Origin: Azolla caroliniana
Lineage: Eukaryota > Plantae > Polypodiophyta
Assembly: GCA_043228905.1 (NCBI GenBank)
Contig: JBHGNT010000003.1
Coordinates: forward strand, 11,098,001 to 11,162,000
DNA length: 64,000 bases
Direction: 5' to 3'
Of the stretch, positions 22,461 through 36,828 are shown piece by piece. The translations under genes were made by a program, and so were the position numbers. The notes beneath the pieces were generated by a model that did not search any database, was not told where the DNA came from, and saw only the letters and a list, made by a program, of their open reading frames with translations. How positions within the stretch are numbered: position 1 is the stretch's first letter; the number at the start of each line of letters is the position of its first letter.

Positions 22461-23199
22461 CAAGTGCTGAATATTTTGATTGGCAATTTGGTAGGAGTGC
22501 AAGTGTTCTCTTATAACTTAATGATACGCACACTCAATTCTACTCAAGTGTATATATGACCATGGAATCATGTTAAAGATTTGTATATGATCTATAATGT
22601 TACAATACACATATTTTCATCATAACTACCTCAACATGAGTCTAATATCATCCATCATAAGTAGGGAATTAGAGAAGGTAGGCATCTACCGTATGTATAA
22701 AGGAAAGTAGCCTAAGCCTTTGGTGGGAATGTGGAGCATCAATAAGACAAGTATTATACATAAAGATTTTGCTATTGTTCATATTGTGTGTTTGATAGAG
22801 AGGAATACGGAAAAATGTTTTCAATGGTTTATTGCAGGTTAAGGGCCTATGTGAGAAGGCACCTTGCATAATCCATTTAGGGTAGAGCTTAACGAAAATT
22901 TTGTGGAGGTTAAGAAGCCAAAATAAAGGCATGTTACACTAACCAACATACTTCCAACAGTAACTAAGTTACAAGGGGTTGGTTTAAATACCAACTAAAC
23001 TAGGGCAGGTGCCCTTTTTACTATTTACAAAACTAGCCTGGTATAACCATGAGCTAGTGTGAAACCTATTACTATGGGAAGTTGAGTTAGACTCTTACCA
23101 ATAAGCTTTAGTAGCCCTTCATTTATGTATTTTGGTATTGTTAAGAATTATTGGACATGTTAGTGATAATGATGGCACGGTAATTATTTGAGCATACAA

Positions 23200-24600
23200 G
23201 ATTTCTAATATTTCACAAATCTACTTTAATCTTTTCCAACTCCCTAACGTTGACAAGTTTTTTGACAACCCAATAGTGAAGATTACACCATATGAAGCCC
23301 TTTTGCATTTTCAATTAGGTGTGGTCCTTGTGGCATTCATGAACAAGCTATGCACTCCATGATTTGTTTTAGTCACTATATACAGATTTGAAGTCATTTA
23401 TCTAGTTTATTGAGTTTGACATATAATGATTGGGTTCTAGAAGAATTTATGCTTTGACACTGCTTTTTAGGTAGGGGGTGCAAACTCTCGTGCAGAAAGG
23501 AGCCACACACATTAACATTTTCCTAGTTGAATACTAGCCCATATGTTTGCTCCCAATGCCTTTTACATTATATATCTATAGACCATGCGGTCTAGAAGAG
23601 CCTTAATTATTCTTTGCAAACAATCTTTAGCAATGGCCAAAAAATATTTGCATTTCAGTAAATGTGAGGAAATGGCATTAAAGTATCTATATTACAATGA
23701 CAAGAAATCCTCCACTTACACTTCCAAATTTGTATCAACTTGATCATGGTTTCGAGAAAAGAAAAACGTGTTTGTTTTGCTTGTAGCCAAAATAAACTTG
23801 AGTAAGTAAATGGATATTCAAGTTTTTCCCACTACAAGAGATGAGGCAAACTTTAAGGGTAACATAGAAAGAGAGTTGTTGTAATGTGTATGTATGTGCA
23901 CGCACAACTCTTGCTCAACACTTGGAATACTCTTGGGAAAATTGATCATCACAATAGGACTCCTTCAATATATGGTGGATGAACTCAAGTTGTTTACTGT
24001 AGAATACAATTTTGAACTTTGCTTTTATTACAAGATTATGTTAGAGCAAACAAGTGTCATTGAGCAACATAAATCCAATGCATGGCATAAATATTCAGGT
24101 TTGAGGATCATTGGAATATTGCTCAAAATGTTGATCGTTGTTAGTGTGTGTGACGAGCAAATACATGGCAAAAGCCCATGCTTTAAGATTATGTCAACAT
24201 TACTAGAAGGACAAAATTGCGAGGATATAAGTTGCCCTTAAAAATGTGGACGAGAGTATTTTCCCTTCTAGAGATTTAGACATGGCCAATAACACATCAC
24301 ATGTAAACACAAGATATATAACATGTGACAACATGATGTGAAAGTATTGGCTTCATATTTCAAGTTCTATAAAATATCAATTGGAGAGAATCACTTATAG
24401 ATTCATGAATTTACCTCGTTGACTATTAGAACTATATATGGACAAACATGATGGTGTGTATTGGTAATGCAACCTTGGGTTGTCCGCTTAGATGTCAAAC
24501 AACAGGTTTATCGTGCTCCATTCATCATAACAAGAGGGCCATGATTTTAGTTTGAGATCATGCGCCCTAACTCCAAGATAACTTTATACATTTGAATCCC
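23200..24600 (-). pseudogene. Possible highly decayed Mutator-like transposase
   Basis: Only fragments: LKAWAFA...HTNN...E near 24130-24190 and a SWIM-like CHC...CKYFLAI near 23630-23705 across a frameshift. Confidence 0.25.
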
Positions 24601-25461
24601 GCAACCCAATAGTTGAAAATGATATCATTGCATTGCATGAAAACATTGCAACTCGAAACTTCCACATACAAAAAAGTATATATATGTGGATGGAATTTTA
24701 AAAACTTCAACTTTCAACCCCTCACAACATGCCCAAGGCCTAAAAATACAAAAGCCAAGCAAATTAAATATAAGAATCAACACCTTGAATTCAATACTAT
24801 GCACTTCCTACAATACAAAATTGATTTGAGTGAAAGTTTCAAATACAAATTAAAAGTACAAATCTCGAATTTTGGGTGATGAGCTTATATAATATAAAAC
24901 CTTTTTTCAATAACAAAACACAACATAGGTAATGGGTAGTATTCTGAAAAAAGACTTTGATCACACATGTACATCTCCAAGAATGCATCATGTGTGCATC
25001 TGTGTTTCGTTTATTCATTAACAATTAGGGTATTTCCCAAAGCTTTGGCTTACACGTCCACATTGCTTGCTGGAATGGATGGTGACAATTACGTAGATTG
25101 TTTGATCGAAGAAACCCTTCATGGGGTCCGTCACTCTGAGCATTATGGCAATGAGAACTCCATTGACTAACTAATTACTTCTATTATTGTTAACAAAGGG
25201 AACTTTTCCCTGTCCTTAATTTTTGTGCACATCATCTCATTGAGCTCACTTGTCTAGTCTTCTTGTTGTTATTAAACACAAAGGTCATGTTAATCATAGT
25301 AGACTTTGTCATCGTGATTCTGAATGCACACATGTGCACTACCGAATGTATGGTCGTAGAAACGTGAAAGGGCAACACATACAGTCACGTCACCAACTTG
25401 TGGGTACTCGTGAGAGCGAGCATCCATCCTTAATAAAGGCTCTCATTCCACTACTCATCAT

Positions 25462-25933
25462 CATGTATGTATGTATGTATGTATGTATGTATGTATCAGT
25501 TATCTTACGTACTATCCACAACATGGAGCGTATATTGCTTTTTATATGAATGCAAAATTAAAAACAAAAATAAAACAAAATCTTTACGTTTAATGCATAG
25601 AGAGGGAGAGCGTGGTTTAAAGCAGCCAGCCTACGAAAAGGACGGAAGAGGGAAGGAAAAGCCCATCCCATATATCCATCCATCCATCCCTCTTCTATAT
25701 GTATGTAGGTATGTATGTATGTATGTGTTTATACAGTCTATGTATTTCTATGTCTATATTATTCTATGTATTAAATGAGGTTGCATCAGCATCATACATA
25801 TTCATTGATTGTGCTTGCAGGGGGCAGGGGAGGTTCAATATAAAAAAAAATATATATATATGTGTGTGTGTGTGTGTGAATGTAAAGATGTATGCGTCTG
25901 GACTCTGTCCCCTTCTGTGTTGCTACTGGATGA

Positions 25934-25967
<34 letters not shown>

Positions 25968-26587
25968 GTGGGTGTGAGGGGGGGCTCGGAACACGAGAGT
26001 CTGACTTGTCTGAATACGGTTGAAGTACGGCGCGTGATCGTGCGCCACGTGGCAGTGGAGGACCACCGTCAGCATTAACGTCCGCCGTCACGTCACGTCA
26101 TGTCCTGTCTTACATTTAACGGCCGCGGCCAACGAGCGGTCACACGTGTTTGGCGGGAGATTCCACGAGTGGTTCAAACTCTCTCCCCCCCCACATCATC
26201 TCACGTTTTGGCGGGAGATCCCCGGCGAAGAGGGAGGGAGGGAGGGAGGGAGGGGTCTCGGTCAAACTTTGAGGGAGCAGACAAAAACGATCTTGCTTTT
26301 TTTCTTTCTTTCTTTTCAGCCTCCCCCCTCCCCTCCCCTCCCGAATCCCATCCCATCCCATCCCATCCCATCCCATCCCATCCCATGTTGTGTGTGTATT
26401 TTATGTATGTATAATGGATGTGTGTATATTCCACTTTAATTGGAATCCATCATTCATTCAGTCTTTTCTTCATTTTTTTTAAATATTCAAAAACGGTGTC
26501 TGTCTCTTTCACTAACTACATACTGAGAGGAGAAACGGCTTTTCCCTTTTCTCCTTTTGGGAGTGGAGTGGTTGGTTGCTGGTTCTA

Positions 26588-26644
<57 letters not shown>

Positions 26645-26660
26645 GTACATATGCTATGTA
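25462..26660. repeat. Microsatellite cluster: (ATGT)n, (AT)n, (TG)n, (GA)n, (GGGA)n, (CCCAT)n
   Basis: Directly visible runs at about 25463, 25849-25878, 25934, 26231, 26347 and 26590. Confidence 0.95.
26020..26225. promoter_or_regulatory. Promoter-like CpG-rich island with G-box/ACGT and E2F-like motifs
   Basis: GCCACGTGGC at 26043, TCACGTCACGTCA at 26088, CACGTG near 26143, and TTTGGCGGGAGA twice (about 26149 and 26207). Confidence 0.45.
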
Positions 26661-29098
26661 TGTTTCATGAGGAAACTAAACTCGCTTTACTTTATTTTTC
26701 TTTTCTTTGGTGGAGGGGACTCGGGAGGCTGGAGCTTGTCAACCAATAAACAGGCTACCTCACTTTTTAAACAGCCCGGTTGGCTGGCCTCTCTATATAC
26801 ATAGTAACTACTAACTAACTAACCGGCTAGTTGCCAAGGGAACACTCTGATCTAGGCCATTTAAATATGTAACTAGGCTCTAGAAGAGACCTTTATCAAT
26901 ATGCGTCCATTAAATTAATATAGACTGATATGGGAGAATCATTCTCAGCCTCCTCTAGAGTAGCTAGCATATAGCTTTCTTTGCTACTTTACTTTAGCTA
27001 AAGTGCAACCATTCGAGTTTCCATATTTTTAGTGGGCTTCAAATTTCTCACCAACTTTTTTGGTCTCCTTATAAATTTATAATCAATCCACCCCCCGCCT
27101 TGTGTCATAACTGCTTAACAAGAGGATGTTCTATTTTGGAATTCCAAAAAGCAACCTCACACAAAACATGCAATAAAAGCAATCATCTACCCATTGATTT
27201 TATACCTCTTGTTAATGTAAGTTTTAATTTGAACCTTCAAAAGATTGTATTCTAACTCAATACTTCATAATTTTGCCTCCATAAAAGTATCATTTTCTTC
27301 TCTGTCACGTTAATTTATCACAATATTGACTCTTGTGTATACTTTAGTATGGTCCTCGCGTTGTCTCCGCCAATCAATCCAACAATCCACATGACTTTGC
27401 AAAGCCTAGCCCTGTCAATCTATGGTCCTCACTTTGTCTCCGCCAATCAGTCCAACAATCCACACGACTTTGCAAATCCAACATAACTAATTTGTCTCCA
27501 TGTTCTCCAAGGTTCTAGATAGAGTGTGTAGAGAGAGTGTGACCTTATATAAAGCACCATTCTCCTACTTTGTAAAGTGTCAATTAATCTCCTTTGTAAT
27601 ATTCATATTGTTGTAGTTGTTCTCCACTTCCTAATACATACATCTTCTTGGGCATTTCATTTTCCTATCTATCCTATCTTTCACACACACATAACACACA
27701 TCTCTAGTCTAATCTGTTGTATAAAATCACACTCGATTCTTTACATGGTATCAGAGTGATTTGGTAGCTAGATCTAGCCCATCCTCGTGTGTTGTGTCCA
27801 CGTCAACGATTCAAGGAAATCCAGCTCATCGCTATCGTAGTGTCACTACATAACTTGTGTTTAAGAGAGAAGAAAAAGGAAGAAATCTACATCGACCACC
27901 ATGATTATTTAAACGGGCAACTCTCTTCTCACCGAGAAGTTGGACCGAAACAACTTTGCATCATGGGATACAAGATGCACCAATACCTTGTTGGCCAAGG
28001 TTATTGGAGTTACATCAAAGGAGCAAAAGAAAATAAACTCGACCCAAAGGACGCCGACTACTCAACATGGGAGCAAGCGGCAAACAAAGCGATGTATTTG
28101 ATGTATTGTTTGGCGACATGTGTCCATGACCACATGCTTGGTTACATCCGTGAAGCCAAGACACCAAAAGAAGCTTGGGAGAATCTCAAGAAGATATTTG
28201 CCACCAATACGACGACACGAAAGCTTTAACGAGTTGAACAATATACAACAAAGGGATATCCATCACAAGCTACACCTTAATGATCAAGGAGCTTTGTGAC
28301 TCGCTTGACTCAATAAGCGTCAACATGGAGGATGGTGAGATGGTTCAAATATGCCTAGATGGCCTCGCACCATGGTTCAGCGCGATGAGAACCATCATTC
28401 TAGCAAGGGCGAATCCTCCCTCTTTCTTCGATCTTCAATCAAAGTTATTGGTTGAAAAAAACCATGTTCGAACCAAGAGTAACCTCGAATGGTCAAATGC
28501 TCTACACACACTCGAAAGGAGAGGGAGGACGCGGTTGAGCAAGAAGAGGTCGATTCGGCCAAGGACGAGGTGGACAAGGTTTGACCTATGAAAACAGCTC
28601 CCAATTTCGGCAAGAAAACGGAAACAACTGAGGAACATTCAGAAGAGGGGGGAGCCGACAAAACAACTCAATTGAATACAGATATTGCGGTAAAATAGGC
28701 CACCACGAAGAAGAGTGCCGAAAGAAGAAGCGCGAGTTGACATCCAAAAGCTGACAACTCACCAATTACGCCACCAACTCCAACTATGACGATCATGGCG
28801 GAATGGTCGTCATGAGATATAGATATAGAATAAATTCTATATTGGCTTCTACTTCGACTAGTGCCTCTAGTCCAGAAGACATATGGTTCATCAACTCCGG
28901 TGCCTCGAACCATATGACATCTCATCAAGAATGGTTTTGAGACCTTCGCGAGCTGGATCGACCTGGCTATGTGAAGACCGGAGATGATACCACTCATTCG
29001 ATATGGCATATCAACAATGTCCCATTCGGAAAAGAAGGCAACCAAACATACATTAAAAATGTCTTGCATGTCCCGACCATCACGAAGAATTTGGTCTA

Positions 29099-32000
29099 TG
29101 TTATGTACACATAATGTTGGCGAGGGTAGGTCACTAATATTTACATTAGTGAAGGGTATGTTCACTAATGTTAAAAGGGGGACTAATGATTGGATAGAAG
29201 GAATGATAGGTGCATGCACTATCCTGATTTGGACAACCAATGAATGGAAACCTTTTAGAAAGGCACATCAGGCCTAGGAAAAGGTATAAATATGAGGCTT
29301 AACTACCCTCATAAGGACATTAGATCGGAAGGCTACTGTCTTAGACACCGGTGGTGCGGGCTAGGCTTTCCAAGGTATTAGTCATCCTAATATCCAGCGG
29401 TATGGGACGTCGGTAGTAGGTTGGCTATGTCTAGATCATAGCTCGGGGGTGGTCGAGTGGAACGAGTTCTTCTATCAAATCTATTTTCCTTCGTTTACTT
29501 TACTTTGGTCTATTGATTAGTAATAGGCTCTTAATAGTGGTATCAGAGCTTTTACTAACAATTTTTTGTTGTTGTTTTAATATTTTTTGCATGTGAGCGA
29601 TGGGGATCTAACAAGGCTTGTCATGCTCTTCTTAGGATCAAAACAACACTCTAAACCCAATATTCTTCTTTCTCGATTTCTCTTCTTTCTATGATGCGTT
29701 CTTGTTGGTTGAATCAAATTTGTATTACGTTTTCTTTTCTTTTCTTTCTTCTTTCTACCATGATACGATTTTAATTATTATTGTGCATCGGGTCGAGCGT
29801 GTTTGCACTAATCGCACATGCTCAACTCATGGCCCTTTTGCATATTGCGATGTATCTCCTATGCTCCCCTCTCTTGAGCCTTCTCTTACAATATTAATTA
29901 TTGTTGTGCATTGGGTCGAGCGTGTTTGCCCTAATCGCACACGCTCACCTCATGGCCCTTTTGCATATGATATTGAGTACGCCACTCTTCCCTCTATTGA
30001 GCCATCGCTTGGTCGAGTCTATGGGATGTTGTGGCCATGACGAGGTGTATGTCGCCTACATATGCCACTCTACTCTCTATTGAGCCATCACTTGACCGAT
30101 TCTATGGGATGGTATTGACAAGGTATATGTCGCTTACCTATATCACTTTACTCTTTATTGAGTCATCACTTGGCTGATTCTAGGGAGATGTGGTGGTCTT
30201 GAGGAGGTGCCTTAAGGCATGCTTAATGTTCCATACACCTAATTGCTTATTATTCTAATTAATTTCTAATTCCACAAATTATCATTTCACTTATATGATT
30301 ACTCGTAATTATTGTTTACTTGCCCACAATTAACTCTCCTTTTTCCTATGATGTAACGCTTATATGTTTATGTGCGTTTACCTATGATGTAACGCTTCCG
30401 TGTAGACTATTTTTTTAGTATGGAGTGGGCATCATGCCGTTTTTTTTGAACGATTTTTTCCAACACATCATCTACGTTTAATTCATATTATCGAGCCTTA
30501 GAACTTGAGTAAAACCACATGAGTTCCTCTATTGATGTTTCTTCATGGATTTGAGTACACCACATCTTTGCGTATCAATTTGTGGCTTATGTCACAATTT
30601 TGCAAATTACAACCATCATATTGGGATGTATATGTGCATACCTCGCACCTCCCATTTATTTGTGACATTGTTTTTTTCGTAGGTAGCACATGGGTTTTTT
30701 GACCCTTGTTTTCATCACTACTTGCCTCTAATGGGTAGTGTCTTATTTTATCATTTTTATCATCATATTTGCTTGTTACTCGCAAGACTAGAATATTACT
30801 TGCGAGTGCACTTGTTTTTTTCACGTAATACACTTCTCGACCATATCAATACATGTTGGGTTGACATTTATATAAGGCTAACTAGGAAATTACATTGATG
30901 TTGGAACCATGGTTGAGCCTCGGGGAGCCGCCATGATTACTCAAGATAGAGATCTGAGAAAGACATCTTAGCTATGTTTGCCCCCATGGTTTTTAAAAAA
31001 ACTTAGTATTACCATAGTTATCGGATCTCGAATCACATCTCATATGTCTAGAGGGGTAAAGACATGAGATGCTTTCTTGTTAAAGTTCTTCCAATCAAAA
31101 TTTCAAACATTCATTTTGCTTGTGTATTTTTTGAACCTCCTTATTTATATTGCATAACCACAACTTGTATCATGGAACAAGTTTTGAACGTTGTTGGAGC
31201 AATCTCTCCGACCAAGACCTCTCAACTCCAATCCGCATGTCGCACACAAGTTGAGATCACTATTGAGCAATTGCTCACTACTACCTTCAATCAATTGGCC
31301 GAAATGAGGCAGGCCAATATGGCATTGGAAAAGAAATTCCAAGAATTGACTATTGAGTCCAAGAAAGAAGGTGAGCCTTCTTTCGTAGTAACGCCATTCA
31401 AGGGAGATAAGAAAGAAAGAACCGAGGAGGCCATTAACACTTGGCTTGGTCGTTGGGAGTCTCACTTTGAGCTCCACCCCAAGCCCGATGCTGTAAAAAG
31501 TTGGTTATGTCGGTCGTGAGTTAGGTTGTGGAGCTGTTGCTTGGTGGCGAGGCCTAAGGACTACAAAGAACTTACCCACAACTTGGGAAGGTTTCGTTGA
31601 TGTTTTTAAGAAACAATTTTTGCAGCCACCATCTCAAACTAAACAAGCGTACTTGCTGACATTGTCGAGTAAGCCATTTACCTCTATCGAGGATTATGTG
31701 CATCATGCTTGGACCCAAATCCAAAATTCGGGACTTACGGGAGAGAAATAGTTTGTTGCTTGCTTTTTGAATGGTATTCCTAATGGGGATTACCATTGGA
31801 TATTCCATGACACGGACCCCACAACTATTGAGGAAGCCGTCAACATTGTACTTCAGTACCATAGGATTTCCAAGAAAGACCACAATAAACCTGAGTTCGC
31901 CAAAACTCCGAATGTCAAGTTCATTGGGAAACGTAAGAAATCCAATGACAGTTTTGACCGCGACTCCAAGAAACCTAACCTCTTCTGTGCATATTGCAAG

Positions 32001-35000
32001 AAGAGGGGCCACATAAAGGATACCCGTCGTCGTCTTAAGAGGAAGTCAATGAACACCCCTCCTCAAGACAAATCTACGAGTCACACAGGTGAGTCTTTTG
32101 ATGTTGTTGAAGTTCATACCAACCACCTAAGTTCATGTGAATGCACTTTTCCTTCACATTTACTTGGACCTAATGATTTACTCTGAGTAGTCGGGTATAT
32201 CAATGGAACACAAGCACATTTCTTGTTTGATTCCGATAGTTCTCACAATTTTCTTAATGATCACGTTGTGTAGCAAATGGAACTCCACATAAACGCAAGT
32301 GATCAGATCTATGAAGTTCACATGGAAAATGGAAGCCTTCAATACATCAGTGGCATTGTTTATCAACTGCCAATTCAAATAGATACCTATTTGGAGAAGC
32401 TTGACTTTCATTTTATGAAACTACAATACACAGATGTCATTTTAGAATACCCTTGGTTTTTTAATAAAAACTTGTTTTTGTCCATTGATTGGGTTAATCA
32501 CTCAATCACATTTGAACTTAATAATTGTAAACATTTTATTCAATGTTCCAAACTTCCTTCTCATTCACTTGTGTCTTCTAAATCTTTAAGTGAGTATTCT
32601 AGTTCATTAATTTATTCGTGTGTAATTGATCCTGGGCTTCAATTTTATTATTTTAATATTGATGCCACACAATTACCACATTATGAACAACAATTCCTCG
32701 ACTCTATTTTAGACGATTTTCAAGACGTGTTTCCTAACGAATTGCCGCTTACTTTACCACCAAAACGTAATGTGGACCATCAAATTGAACTCATCCCCAG
32801 TGCTGCTCCTGCGAGCATTCTACCTTACCGACTTAGTCGATTAGAAGAGGATGAGATCGCTAAACAACTTAAGGAATACTTGAGTATGGGCCACATTAGG
32901 TATAGTAAATCACCTTGGGGTGCGCCAGTTCTATTAGTTAAGAAGAAGGAAGGTTCATGGTGAATGTGTATCAATTATCGTCGTTTGAATAAAATGACAA
33001 TTAAACATGCATAGTTGTTACCTCGTGCCGATGATTTGATTGATCGTTTGCATGGGCCCCGATAGTTTAAGAAAATTGACTTACGAACTGGTTATCATCA
33101 TATTCGCATTGCTGAGGATAATATTCCTAAAACCGCTTTTCGTACGCACTATGGCCATTATGAATTTTTAGTCATGCCTTTTGGGTTGACAATTGCTCCA
33201 GCCACATTCCAACAAGCGATGAATGACGTTTTCCGAGGTCAACTCGGTGATTTTGTTGTCGTCTTCTTAGATGATATTTTGATATATAGTCGTACCTTGC
33301 AAGATCATGTTCAACATGTTTGATTTGTTTTGCAAAAGTTGCATGACAACTGTTTCTATGCAAAACATTCAAAATGTGATTTTTTCCAAAAATCTATTGT
33401 GTACCTAGGTCATTTAATTACAAAAAATGCCTTTGAAATTAAACCTTCCTGTATTCAAAAGGTTAAACTTTGGCCCATTCCTCGTAATATTCGTGAATTC
33501 TCATTCTTAGGGTTAGTTGGATTTTTACAAAAATCAATTCGTAACTATTCCAAATTGACTACACCATTAATTGACCTTTTAAAAGGTCATCCACATAAGT
33601 CTGTCAAACCAATTGTATGGAATGAACAACTTGACAAATCATTTGAGATACTCAAAGAGCATGTGTGTCAGGCTCCAACTCTTCTATTACCGGACCCTTC
33701 TAAGCCTTTCTCAATCGAAACCGATGCTAATGATTATGTTATTGGTGTCGTTCTTTATCAAGGCGGTCACCCTATTGCTTTCGAAAGTAAGAAGCTTGAT
33801 GTTGCTCAATCTCAGTATTCAGTTCAAGAGAAAGAGTTCTTTGCAGTAATACATGCACTTAAAACATGGAGACACTATCTCTATGGAAATAAATTTGTGT
33901 TTACAATAGACCATCAATCATTGAAGTATTTTTGTGACCAGCCAATCTTGTTGGTCATAAAGACCGTTGGGCTGACCTTATGCAAGATTTTGATTTTTCC
34001 ATACAGTATCGCAAGGGTTCTATGAACATTGTTGCGGATGCTCTTAGTCGCATTAAAGAAGTTAACATGCTTAGCTTCACGGAAATAAAATATGATCTTT
34101 TAGATCACCTTCGAGGGAAATACCTTGATGATAGTTATTTTTCGAAATACTGGATGAAAGCCGAATCTGGTTTAGATGCCGATACTAGCACCCTACCCTC
34201 GAAGGCGACCTTTCACATTACAAACGGTTTGCTCTACCATAGTGGAAAGGTTTGTGTTCAAGATTTACCAAACGTAAAACAGAAAATTCTTCATGAATGT
34301 CATGATGCACCATCTATTGGTCATCCTGGAATACAACACACTTGTTCTCATCTCGAGTACTTTTTTCTGGCCTAAGATGCACTCTGACGTGCATATATAC
34401 GTAACTGAATGCTTACAATGTCAGATTAATAATTCAGAACGACTTAAAGTTGCAGGTCTTTTATATCCCTTAGATATTCCCAACAACAAATGGGAAAGTA
34501 TCTCGATGGATTTTATTGTTAGTTTACCTCGTACACAGAGGGGTCATGATGCCATTTGGGTTGTCGTTGACAGACTAACAAAATTGGTTAGATTTATTCC
34601 TACCAAAACCACGATAACTGCTCAACAATTGGCTTATCAATTTGTTGATGAGTTATTTCGCTTTTATGGATTACCGATGGATATTGTTAGTGATCGAGAT
34701 TCCAAGTTTACTAGTGACTTTTGGACTCAGGTCTTTAAGAAACTAGAATGAGCATGAGTTTCGCAGATCATCCTTAGTATGATGGGCAAACTGAACGAGT
34801 TAATCCAATTATTGAGGACATGCTTCGAGTTTATGTAGCAAAAAACCCTTCTAAGTGGGAGCAATACCTTCCTATCTTAGAATTAGCCTATAATAGCTCT
34901 AAAAATACATCCACTGGATATAGTCCTTTTATGTTGATGTATGGTATTCAGCCACGTGCCCCAGTTGATGTCACGATTGATTGTGATACATTTGACAGTA

Positions 35001-36000
35001 CACGCAATTTTTTGCAAGACATGAACCAAATGTTGCATATTGCCAAAGAGAATGTCAAGACGGCTCAAGATCGTGCTCGATTTTATGCTGATCAGGATAG
35101 ACGTCCTCGTGCATTTACTATTGGTCAAAAAGTTTTTTGCGTGTCCCTATTGACTCTACGTCATTGCCTACGGGCAAGTGCGCTATGTTAGCCCCACGAT
35201 ATTGTGGCCCATTTGAAATCCTTAAGCGGGTTGGGTCATCTGCTTAATTCATCCTGTTTTTCACGTCAGTCGTCTAAAACCATTTTTAGGCTCTGGTGAT
35301 AACACCATCACAATCCAAGATCTTGTAACATTAGAGGATTTTTCTTACAAACCTACGAATTCTTGATTCTCGTACTAAACGTTTACATTCTAAAGAGATT
35401 CGGTTATTCAAGATCAAATGGATGGATAAACCTATTGATGATGCCACATGGGAACGCGAGCATACTCTTAAGCCACAATTTCCTCACTTTATATTGCAAG
35501 AGTGCAATCTTTTGAAGTAGGGGAGTATGTTATGTACACATAACGTTGGTGAGGGTAGGTCACTAATAATTACATTAGTGAAGGGTATGCTCACTAATGT
35601 TAAAAAGGGGACTCATGATTGGATAGAAGGAATGATAGGTGCATGCACTATCATGATTTGGACAACCAATGAATGGAGAGCCTTTTAGAAAGGTACATCT
35701 ATTCAAGGGGCCTAGGAAAAGGTATAAACATGAGGCTTAGCTACCCTCATAAGGACATTATGTCGGAAGGCTGTTGTCTTAGACATCGGTGGTGCGGGCT
35801 AGGCTTTCGTCTCGACGATCGTGTTTATCTCTTCCAAGGTATTAGTCATCCTAATATCTGGCGGTATGGGACGTCGGTGGTAGGTTGGCTATGTCTAGAT
35901 CATAGCTCGGGGGTGGTCAGGTGGAACAGGTTCTTCTATCCAATCTATTTTCCTTTGTTTACTTTACTTTGGTCTATTGATTAGTAATAGACTCTTAACA
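29099..36000 (+). mobile_element. Full-length decayed chromovirus (Gypsy), iMet-primed
   Basis: LTRs 29099-29536 and 35528-36000 (TGTTATGTAC...TTAA(C/T)A); PBS 29538-29549; PPT GAAGTAGGGGAGTA; TSD degenerate (GTCTA/GTCGG). Confidence 0.93.
31172..35520 (+). pseudogene. Chromovirus gag-pol with stops and frameshifts, ending in a chromodomain
   Basis: [78 protein letters not shown]. Confidence 0.92.
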
Positions 36001-36589
36001 GTCGGCCAAATTGTGGAGCAGGGCATGCAAGTGCGTTTCAACCAAGGAGGTTGCTTCATTGAGAAGGAAGGCCGACTTATCGCCCGTGGTCGAAGGTTCA
36101 AGGGAAAGCTAGATGTTCATTCTCAATTCACAAGAGATGAAATCCACAATGTTTGCAAAAGGCACCAAAGCCGATACGAACATAGAGCTATTGCACAAAA
36201 GAATCGGCCATATCAATCTCAACAAACTCAAGGGCATGCAATAAAAAAGGAGTCGTTATCGGACTCCCGATGTTCAAGGAAAAGGTGATTGAGCAACATC
36301 GACACCCATTCCCAAAAGACAAGAACGTGAGCAAAGGTCTACTGGACGTAATCCACTTAAATATGTGGGGACCGGCTCAAATGGGTACATTCGGCAGATG
36401 CCAAAGTCATATTAGGCCGAAGTAGCATGCACAACTATCTACCTAATGAACCAATGTACAACATTCGACGTGCACGATGTAACCCCTCATGAGAAATATT
36501 ACTGAAGAAAGTCCAACCTGTCCCACTTTAGGATATTCAGCTCTATTGCATTCATGCACATTCCCAACGAAAAAACAGATGTTCTTTTA

Positions 36590-36828
36590 CGATCATTGAA
36601 GTACATGTCAATACTTTGTAATAGCCCTGGCAGATGGGCATGTATATATAAAGTGCACTAAGCATTGTGTAATGTACTGAGCATTTTTTGGTAATAGAAT
36701 TTTTTGTTGTTTGCTCTCACTCAGTCTCTCTCTCTTTCTTTGTATTTTGTGTTTCGAGTTAACAAACTGTTCTGTTCAATTTCCGGATAACCAACTGATT
36801 GTCGGTTCATAAGCTTCTGCGTTTAACG
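36590..36828 (+). repeat. Partial Bryco-like LTR
   Basis: CATTGAAGTACATGTCA...ATAAGCTTC, similar to 62160-62385. Confidence 0.6.

Larger units (their letters stand above)
27500..36590 (+). mobile_element. Decayed Bryco-like Copia (LTR end 27745, iMet PBS, gag, protease, partial integrase), split by a chromovirus
   Basis: TGGTATCAGAG at 27746; YKMHQYLVGQGYWSY; WFINSGASNHMT; HVPTITKNLV|VGQIVEQG rejoins across 29099-36000. LTR start not resolved. Confidence 0.85.

Noticed and set aside
25467-26804. ORFs across the microsatellites; (CCCAT)n as telomeric repeat; a conserved miRNA locus
   Set aside because: The translations are low-complexity, CCCAT is not the plant TTTAGGG repeat, and I recognised no conserved miRNA sequence or long hairpin.
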